A DNA stretch of 59,930 bases, the filler included. It is 4 parts of 4 records of this genome, joined end to end, with 100 filler letters (N's around TTAATTAATTAA, not from the genome) between each part and the next. Parts side by side here need not be neighbours in the genome. Positions count along the whole stretch, not along the records: positions 51,931 to 59,930 come from DRR723986_35041; 3 more parts are not named here. One strand, 5' to 3'. The position numbers and the translations under genes were made by a program. Positions 52,920-59,930 of this stretch are shown piece after piece (position 1 is the first letter of the stretch; every line of letters starts with the position of its first letter). The notes under the pieces are model-generated. The model saw only the letters and a list, made by a program, of their open reading frames with translations, did no database searches and was not told the origin of the DNA.

Positions 52920-52950
52920 CAAAAGGTCTGGATAATCGCCAGCCTTTTTT
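52920..52950 (+). terminator. Rho-independent terminator (possibly bidirectional)
   Basis: AAAAGG-T-CTGG ... CCAG-CCTTTTTT between convergent genes. Confidence 0.7.
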
Positions 52951-53090
52951 GCGGAATACCGCCGTTGATTCATCCGAAACAGATTAGGGAGCTTAAACTA
53001 CTTTAGTTTAAGCCATATTCGGAGAAATGTGGATAGGATACTCAACATTTAAAGGACCCATAGAGCTCGATTTACCATCAATTCTAAATC

Positions 53091-54275
53091 TTACTTACTA
53101 ACTTTTTCCCACAGGTTTTTGCCCCATTTACTAAGGAAGTTTTCTTCATCAGCACCTTCTACATCTTTTTCTCCTAAGGCATAGCCAATCGGCTGTAGGG
53201 CAGGAATAGAATCAAAGATTATCTTACAAATCCCAGCAATCGGGATACTCAAAATCATTCCAACGATTCCCCATATTGAACCTCCCAGGATTACCACCAC
53301 TATGGTGACTAGAGGATTAACTTCTACTTTGCTTCCAACGACATAAGGTTCTAGTATATAGCTTTCTATAAATTGCGTAAGTCCAAAGGTGATACTGACT
53401 CCAATAATCCCCCAAAGCTCGGCTCCTGCAAAAACTGCCATTACTAGGGACAATCCATATCCTATGATATTCCCTATAAAAGGCACCAGAGACAAAATAG
53501 CAGCAATGACAGAGATGAGTATGGCATTTTCGATTCCCGAAAGTGATAGGCCAATGCTATAAATCACCGCTAGAAAAGCTATTAAAATCACTCTTCCTAC
53601 GATAAAATTCAATGCCAGCTCTATGGAATGATTCATCACTTCTTCGGCTTCTTTCCGGTTTGCTTTGCTGAAAAACTTTAAAACGGACAGCTTTACTTTA
53701 TTTCTATACAACAGGAGAAAAAATAAGTAAACCAAAGTAAGTACGGCACCTGACATAAAGTTGAAAAAATTCATCACAATCATGCCTATCTCTTCGGAGG
53801 CATTGGAGACCATTTCTTTTGGAGAAGATGCTTTGGATGCTGAGGAACTTGATTGCTTATCGTTTTCCGAATTGGCAGAACTTTCTGCTTCACTTGGTGG
53901 ATAAAGCATCTGAAATTCTTTTTGGAAATTGACTCCTGTTTTTTCGGCTATAGTCTCTTGTACCTCTTCTAATTTGGGTTGCATTTTTCGCTGAATTTCT
54001 GGCCAGCGTTCGGATATATTGGCTATTTGAGCGGTAATAATTGTAAAAAAGGAGATAAATACCAGTAAGCTTAAAACCACACTTACTAAGGCAGAAAGAC
54101 ACCGAGAAAGCTTCCAGCTTTCTAGTTTTCTACAGAAAGGAATACAAATCAATGTCAAAAGTACTGCAATAGACAGAGGTTTTAGAAAGCCAGAAGCTTC
54201 TATGATTCCAACGATAAAAAAATAGATTCCTACGACTAATAGCGTAAGAGAAAGTAGTATTTCTTTTGATTTCAT
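53091..54275 (-). CDS. AI-2E family transporter
   Basis: Multi-TM protein with LVPFIG, QFIESYILEP..VG..V.VNP and GGSIWGIVGMILSIP motifs. Confidence 0.92.
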   Translation of the reverse strand: MKSKEILLSLTLLVVGIYFFIVGIIEASGFLKPLSIAVLLTLICIPFCRKLESWKLSRCLSALVSVVLSLLVFISFFTIITAQIANISERWPEIQRKMQPKLEEVQETIAEKTGVNFQKEFQMLYPPSEAESSANSENDKQSSSSASKASSPKEMVSNASEEIGMIVMNFFNFMSGAVLTLVYLFFLLLYRNKVKLSVLKFFSKANRKEAEEVMNHSIELALNFIVGRVILIAFLAVIYSIGLSLSGIENAILISVIAAILSLVPFIGNIIGYGLSLVMAVFAGAELWGIIGVSITFGLTQFIESYILEPYVVGSKVEVNPLVTIVVVILGGSIWGIVGMILSIPIAGICKIIFDSIPALQPIGYALGEKDVEGADEENFLSKWGKNLWEKVSK

Positions 54276-54882
54276 ATTGCTTTTCTAAAACCCTGTAAAT
54301 GCTATTTTAACCTCAAATTCCCTCGAGAATTGATTTCCAACTGGAATAGAAATCAATCTTTCAGCCAAAAAAATAAGTGGCCTACCAGGGATTATAGTGG
54401 TAGAATCTGCAATAAGTAGGGTGTTGATGTGAAAAAAGATTCCCGATATGGGACCGATATAGGGACGCAAAGTTTTTCTACAGGAAGTTTCTGGCTTACG
54501 TCCTCGGGACTATTTACCTAACTAGTCTTCGCCCTGCCCGAGAATAAAACCAAAAGATAGATTGGGGTGAATTTTTCCTACATCTCGGTATGATTTCTAC
54601 ATTCTTTTATAAAGAATTAGTTGAGACTAGTGTATAATAATCTAAAGTAATTTTTATTGGCTTTTAATCATGTGAATTCTCAAATCCCTTTTAAATCATA
54701 TTCAAGGGGGATTATGGTAATATTTAGGTGAAAATGGGAATGCCTTTCGCGAAGGTTCTCGGCTAGTATTTGGAATAATAGTGGTACTTCTCAGCACTAG
54801 AGAGTTGAAAGGTTCAGTTTTAGTTAGGAATAGCTTGTAAAACTAAACCAACTATAATCTCAAAGCTTAACCAAGTCGGAAA

Positions 54883-55866
54883 ATGAACAACCCATCTCAA
54901 CCTTGTTTCTCCAGAATATTGGATACTGTAGGGCATACCCCACTAGTTCGCCTTAATCGATTATTTCCTGATAAGCAGCTAAGAATTGTTGCAAAAATGG
55001 AAGCTTTCAACCCTGGAGGTAGTATTAAGGATCGCACCGCCTTACAACTGATTACCGACGCAATGGAAACTGGAAAGTTAAAAAAAGGTGATACGGTGGT
55101 AGAATCCAGTTCTGGAAATATGGCCATAGGCCTCGCCCAAACGTGCAAGTATTTTGGACTTAACCTGGAAGTAGTGGTGGATCCAATGGTTAATAAGCAA
55201 AATATAAAAATCATTAAAGCATACGGAGGCAAAGTGAATTTTGTAAGCAAGCCTGCCCAAGTAGGGGGCTATTTGCAGGCTAGGCTAGATAGGGTGCAGG
55301 AAATTTTAAAAAACAATCCCAGAAGTTTTTGGACTAATCAATACGGAAATCCACAAAATCCCGTAGCTCACAAACAGACCATGCATGAGATCGTCAAAGA
55401 TCTGGGAACTGCGCCAGATTACCTCTTTGCGGCTACTAGTACCTGTGGGACTTTGATGGGCTGTGCGGAATACATCATTAGAAATAAGCTCAAAACCAAG
55501 GTAATTGCTGTGGATGCAGTTGGGAGTGTGATTTTCGGAACTCCTGCTGGTGAACGTAAAATCCCTGGTCATGGGGCGGGCAGAAAATCCCAATTCTTGG
55601 ACATAGAATCAATTTTTGATGTGGTGCATGTAACTGACGAAGAATGCGTAGCAGGCTGTCATAAGTTGATAAATACCGAAGCTATCCTATGCGGTGGATC
55701 TTCAGGGGCTGTCACTTCAGCAGTGCAAAAATACGCTTCAAAGATGCCGACTGGAGCTTCTGTAGCAATGATTTTATGTGATCGTGGAGAAAGGTATTTA
55801 GATACGATTTATAATGAGGATTGGGTAGAAGAGAATATCAATACTAGGGAAGCTGTGCTCGTTTGA
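54883..55866 (+). CDS. sbnA: SbnA-like PLP-dependent enzyme (cysteine synthase fold, diaminopropionate-precursor synthase type)
   Basis: NPGGSIKDR (PLP Lys), ESSSGN, GGYLQARL, NQYGN, STCGTLMG and DAVGSVIFG...RKIPGHGAGR match SbnA better than CysK. Confidence 0.8.
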   Translation: MNNPSQPCFSRILDTVGHTPLVRLNRLFPDKQLRIVAKMEAFNPGGSIKDRTALQLITDAMETGKLKKGDTVVESSSGNMAIGLAQTCKYFGLNLEVVVDPMVNKQNIKIIKAYGGKVNFVSKPAQVGGYLQARLDRVQEILKNNPRSFWTNQYGNPQNPVAHKQTMHEIVKDLGTAPDYLFAATSTCGTLMGCAEYIIRNKLKTKVIAVDAVGSVIFGTPAGERKIPGHGAGRKSQFLDIESIFDVVHVTDEECVAGCHKLINTEAILCGGSSGAVTSAVQKYASKMPTGASVAMILCDRGERYLDTIYNEDWVEENINTREAVLV

Positions 55867-56035
55867 TTTCTTAAACGTTCAATCCACTAGACTAGTGGCT
55901 CCTTTTGAAGTTAAAGGAAGAAGCTTTTAAAAGAGGCAGTTAAAACTTGCTTTTTGGACTGCAGTCTTCCAGCCAACTGAGCAAAAATAAGAGATTGGCT
56001 TACCTGCGGATTAACATTGTCAAAATATATCATCA

Positions 56036-57844
56036 ATGAATCAAGAGAAAAAAAGAATAGCTATTGTAGGATTAGGTCCAAAAGGACTCTACGGCCTAGA
56101 GCGCCTTCTTGCTAATCTAGCGCAAGTAGATCATCCTATTCCAATAGAAATTCACCTGTTCAACAAGTCAGATTCCTTTGGTGCTGGAGAAGTTTATAAT
56201 CCTGCCCAGCCGCCTTACCTGAAGATGAATTATGTCAATGCCTACATCAATATGTGGCCTGATCAAGATCCCAAACCAGCAGTTCCTCATCCCAAGTCTT
56301 ATGTAGAATGGTTGAAGCTGCACGCAGATGAGTTTCCAACTGCTACTGAAACCACATTTTCATCCAGGTCCACAGTGGGAAGATACCTAGCTGAAGGATT
56401 CAATGAGTTAGTTGAAAACTGTCCAGACCATATCTCTATTTTCAAGCATGTAGGTGATGTCATAAGGATAGAAAGAGGAGAAGAGCGTTATTCCGTTTGT
56501 TACAAAACCCCTGCTATTGGCACCGAGGTTGAAATAAATAAAGTGGATAATATGCTCATAGCCACTGGACATGCATGTATCAATGACGCTGATTTACTGC
56601 CGCAGGCAAGTCATATAGACTTTATTTACCCAGTAGATCTACGTCTAAAGGAAGTCTCAGCTGGTAGCAAGGTAGCTATCAAAGGTATGGGATTGACCTT
56701 TATCGATGCAGTGTTAGCACTGACTGAAGGTAGAGGAGGTAAATTTCATGAGGAGGAAAATGGCCGTCTGGTCTACACCAAATCTGGGTTAGAACCTGAG
56801 CTGCTTTTTCCATTCTCGAAGTCAGGATTACCGATGATTCCAAGGGGCAATACCTATGGGAAATCATCATTGGCTCCCTTTTATTTCACGCAGGAGTCAG
56901 TTGAATTTATTTCAACTTTAGAAGGAAAATATGACTTCGAACGCCAGCTTTTACCTCTTATTGAGCAGGACTTTACAGCAGTTTATTACTCCAAATTGTT
57001 TTCAAGTAAAGGTCTGGAATTGGAAGTTTTAAAAGACTATGCAGAGGTGGAGTTTCAAATTGAAAACTTTCATGAGCAGTTTCCTGAACTTCCGAGGTTT
57101 GATTTTCATAGTTTCTTAGAAGGCACTCTTCCAGAAAGTGAATTGGATAAGAGTACCCTTGAATTCATAGAAATGAGTATTCGGGAAGCGGAGACAGGAA
57201 TAGAGAAAAGTGCCTTTGCGGCAACTGCTGATGTCTGGCGACATCTCAGCGATTTCTTCAATGAGCTTTACAGTTATGGTGGTTTGAAACCACAATCCCA
57301 AAAGACTTTTCTGGAAAAATATGCCGGCCATCTGAATAGAATTACTTATGGTCCTCCAATTGAAAACATGAAGAAAATACAAGCTATAGCAAAAGCAGGG
57401 GTAATAGATTTCTCTTTTTCCAAAAATCCGGAAATTTCCAAAGCATCAAATTATACACTATCAATGAATAAGGAGGAGCAGGTTTCAGTGGACTTTCTTA
57501 TCGATGCACGGATTCCCAAAATCCAATTGCATCGCTGTGCAGGCCCACTCTATGAAAACTTGCTTGAACAGAATTTAATCATTCCTTATGTGAATCGCTT
57601 GGAGGGCTGTCTGGATTTCAGACCTGGGTGTTTGGCTATCAATGAAAAAGGACACCCCGTAGATGAGACTGGCTGGGCAAATAAAGCAATAACTTTTACC
57701 GGCACTCCTACAGAAGGACTCACTTACGACAATGATTCTCTTTCCAGGAAGCGGAATGATTTTGTCAGTGATTGGGCTAAAAACCTAACGCAAAAATTAC
57801 TTCTAAATGAACCCGAAACTCAACTTCGATTAAATTCTATCTAA
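56036..57844 (+). CDS. FAD/NAD(P)-binding flavoprotein, CreE/FzmM-like N-oxygenase family
   Basis: IAIVGLGPKGLYGLERL, GAGEVY, LIATGH, KGMGLTFID...TEGRGG.F....GRLVY..SG.EP, YGPP and LIDARIP motifs. Confidence 0.75.
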   Translation: MNQEKKRIAIVGLGPKGLYGLERLLANLAQVDHPIPIEIHLFNKSDSFGAGEVYNPAQPPYLKMNYVNAYINMWPDQDPKPAVPHPKSYVEWLKLHADEFPTATETTFSSRSTVGRYLAEGFNELVENCPDHISIFKHVGDVIRIERGEERYSVCYKTPAIGTEVEINKVDNMLIATGHACINDADLLPQASHIDFIYPVDLRLKEVSAGSKVAIKGMGLTFIDAVLALTEGRGGKFHEEENGRLVYTKSGLEPELLFPFSKSGLPMIPRGNTYGKSSLAPFYFTQESVEFISTLEGKYDFERQLLPLIEQDFTAVYYSKLFSSKGLELEVLKDYAEVEFQIENFHEQFPELPRFDFHSFLEGTLPESELDKSTLEFIEMSIREAETGIEKSAFAATADVWRHLSDFFNELYSYGGLKPQSQKTFLEKYAGHLNRITYGPPIENMKKIQAIAKAGVIDFSFSKNPEISKASNYTLSMNKEEQVSVDFLIDARIPKIQLHRCAGPLYENLLEQNLIIPYVNRLEGCLDFRPGCLAINEKGHPVDETGWANKAITFTGTPTEGLTYDNDSLSRKRNDFVSDWAKNLTQKLLLNEPETQLRLNSI

Positions 57845-59271
57845 TGGCTCACTTACCAACACTTACTCCAATTACATCTGCCTGGATGCATGAGTTGATG
57901 AATGCAAAAGGCATATTGAATCAACTGCTGGAAAAGCACGGCTCACCTATAAACATCCATCAAACGGATGCAATGGATGAGAATTATGAATCCTACCATC
58001 GGATATTTGAGGAGGCAGGTTTGAAGAATAGAATCTTTTTCGCCAGAAAAGCCAACAAAACCAAAGCTGTGGTTCAAAAGGCTCATTCCCTGGGGATGGG
58101 GATAGACACTGCCAGCTATCAGGAATACAGTCAATGTCTGGAAATGGGGATTCCCGGGTCGGACTTGATTGTAACAGCAGCAGTCAAAAACAAGGGCCTG
58201 ATTGATAAGGCAGTTAGAAAGGGGAGTCTACTTGTTCTTGATAATGAAGATGAATGTATTCAGGTACAAGAAATTGCAAAAGAGGCAGGCAAAAAGGCAA
58301 ACATCGCTTTTCGAGTAAGTGGTTTTACAGTTCGGGATTCAAAGCTTTACAGCAGATTTGGTTTTGATATTGAAACCCTCAACACATTTGTGAAAGACAA
58401 TTTTGCAGAGTCTACGCGATTTGATCAACTGAGCTACAAAGGGCTACATTTTCACCTAAATGGCTATTCCGTAGAAGAGCGAAGTATAGCGTTGAGTCAG
58501 TGTCTTGCGTTATCCGAGCGTTTGTCTCAGAAAGGTTTTAAAACTGAATTCATAGATATAGGTGGAGGGATCCTGATGAATTACCTCAAATACGAAACAG
58601 AATGGGATAATTTTAGCTTGCAACTTCGACGGGCAATCAATAATAAGATTGACCCGATTACTTTCGAAAATCAAGGATTGGGATTGCAGGTTTTTGGGGG
58701 TGCGCTGCAGGGGGAGCTTAAAACATATCCATTTTGGAACTACCTATCTAAAGGTGATTTTCTTAGAAAAATATTAGCATATAAGACGTCTTCTGGGGAT
58801 ACTCTGGCGGAACAGACGAAGAGTCTAGGTATTGAAGTCAGAATGGAGCCTGGAAGGTCCATGTTAGATCAGGTGGGACTCACTGCGGCCAAAGTTGCTT
58901 TCAGAAAGAAGGATTCTAGAGGGGATTGGTTGGTCGGTCTGGAAATGAACATGACCCAAATGCTCAGTGGAAGTGCTGATTTTATGTTAGACCCTTTTGT
59001 AATATATCAGAATGAAGAAGGGGAGGAGCAAAGCGCGGAAGTGTACTTTACTGGGGCTTATTGTCTGGAAAGAGATGTTCTACTCAAGCGGAAAATAGCT
59101 CTGAGAAAGCTTCCAGAGGTAGGAGATATTGTGATCTTCGTGAATACTGCAGGATATATGATGCACTTCTTTGAGTCAAGTGCACATCTCTTTCCTTTGG
59201 CTGAAAATCTGATCTGGAATCGATCATCCAACGGTGGAGAAATTAGCATGGCAGAATTTTATGCCGAATGA
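57844..59271 (+). CDS. Y4yA-type PLP-dependent enzyme (diaminopimelate/ornithine decarboxylase fold III)
   Basis: FFARKANK (PLP Lys), DTASYQE, SRFG, HFHLNGY, DIGGG, EPGRS, GAYCLERD, NTAGY; TAATG overlap with the previous gene. Confidence 0.85.
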   Translation: MAHLPTLTPITSAWMHELMNAKGILNQLLEKHGSPINIHQTDAMDENYESYHRIFEEAGLKNRIFFARKANKTKAVVQKAHSLGMGIDTASYQEYSQCLEMGIPGSDLIVTAAVKNKGLIDKAVRKGSLLVLDNEDECIQVQEIAKEAGKKANIAFRVSGFTVRDSKLYSRFGFDIETLNTFVKDNFAESTRFDQLSYKGLHFHLNGYSVEERSIALSQCLALSERLSQKGFKTEFIDIGGGILMNYLKYETEWDNFSLQLRRAINNKIDPITFENQGLGLQVFGGALQGELKTYPFWNYLSKGDFLRKILAYKTSSGDTLAEQTKSLGIEVRMEPGRSMLDQVGLTAAKVAFRKKDSRGDWLVGLEMNMTQMLSGSADFMLDPFVIYQNEEGEEQSAEVYFTGAYCLERDVLLKRKIALRKLPEVGDIVIFVNTAGYMMHFFESSAHLFPLAENLIWNRSSNGGEISMAEFYAE

Positions 59272-59359
59272 TAGGCTATCTAAACTCCTGGGTTTAACCT
59301 AAATCAACATTTCATATAAGTATTTACGAGCAGCTTTTAACAATAGAAACTAAGTAATT

Positions 59360-59608
59360 ATGATGAACAACTTCTTAAAATACATCTCCACGACAATCAC
59401 GTTACTATTGGTACTATTCCTAATACCAAGCATTTCATATTCCCAAGTGCCAAAGGACATACCCAAACCAACCGGGCCGGTGGACTTATCAGATACAAGC
59501 GACTTGGTTATTTTTCTGGTGATTCCGGCTGTGATTCTTATCATCTACCTAATTTTCCGCAGAAGAATAATAAAGATCAAAAAGGATAAGAATGAGAGAA
59601 GAAGATAG
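59360..59608 (+). CDS. Small membrane protein of unknown function
   Basis: Signal peptide, QVPKDIPKPTGPVDL linker, one TM helix and a basic tail. Confidence 0.7.
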   Translation: MMNNFLKYISTTITLLLVLFLIPSISYSQVPKDIPKPTGPVDLSDTSDLVIFLVIPAVILIIYLIFRRRIIKIKKDKNERRR

Positions 59609-59930
59609 GGTGATAATATTCAGGAGCTTACCCCGAATTGGATGGTAAAGCATGTCAGATTCAACTCATTTCTCTTAAAGAAAGTATACCGTCTATTTAT
59701 GATTGCTTCATATTTTTTCGGTGAGCCACTATTCCATACACCACCCTCCATTTTTTGCAGGTTTTATCTTTGTCACTTTTTAGCGACCAAAAAATAACCA
59801 AAAAGCCTGGGCCCCAATCAACCCCCTTGAAGTTCTGGTATTTCCATTCCTAAGAATCCAAACGAAAGATTGCTTCCATTACTAGGAATGCATTTTATTT
59901 CATTCCTATTTTCGATTCTCCCCCCAACCC

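Noticed and set aside
54883-59271. Staphyloferrin B or other NIS siderophore cluster; housekeeping cysK/lysA
   Set aside because: No SbnB, IucA/IucC synthetase or TonB receptor is nearby, and the motifs fit the SbnA and Y4yA subfamilies rather than CysK/LysA.

Overview
This window is not one locus. It holds four contigs joined by artificial 100-bp linkers (44 N + TTAATTAATTAA + 44 N) at 7838-7937, 27140-27239 and 51831-51930, and the contigs look like different organisms. Contig 1 (1-7837) is ordinary gammaproteobacterial core genome: the 3' end of tRNA-Leu, then tig-clpP-clpX-lon-hupB-ppiD. Contig 2 (7938-27139) is a decaying, tRNA-adjacent genomic island, probably alphaproteobacterial. It carries surface-polysaccharide genes (flippase-like, sugar transferase, gmd/fcl, glycosyltransferases, wzy-like), an Mrr-like nuclease pseudogene, and a module of ParB-DNA methyltransferase (catalytic motif deleted), two DUF5681-like genes, a DUF2924-like gene and a large serine recombinase. 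That module is bracketed by two unexplained non-coding structures: five tandem hairpins that all display a (C/T)ATGG(T/A) loop, and a phased TTCCCTG(T/A)TAA repeat array. Contig 3 (27240-51830) is an FCB-group (Bacteroidota/Kapabacteria-like) co-oriented cluster of secreted proteins. It ends in Skp/OmpH, an uncharacterised protein, a 2513-aa YD-like giant, a LolA-like protein and a >2170-aa Rhs protein truncated before its toxin tip. This is a candidate Sec-exported, chaperone-assisted two-chain Rhs cocoon system. Contig 4 (51931-59930) is Cyclobacteriaceae-like. It has two c-type haem proteins, an AI-2E transporter and a three-gene cluster (SbnA-like, CreE/FzmM-like flavoenzyme, Y4yA-type PLP decarboxylase) of unknown product. 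All family assignments come from motif recognition by eye; no searches were run.
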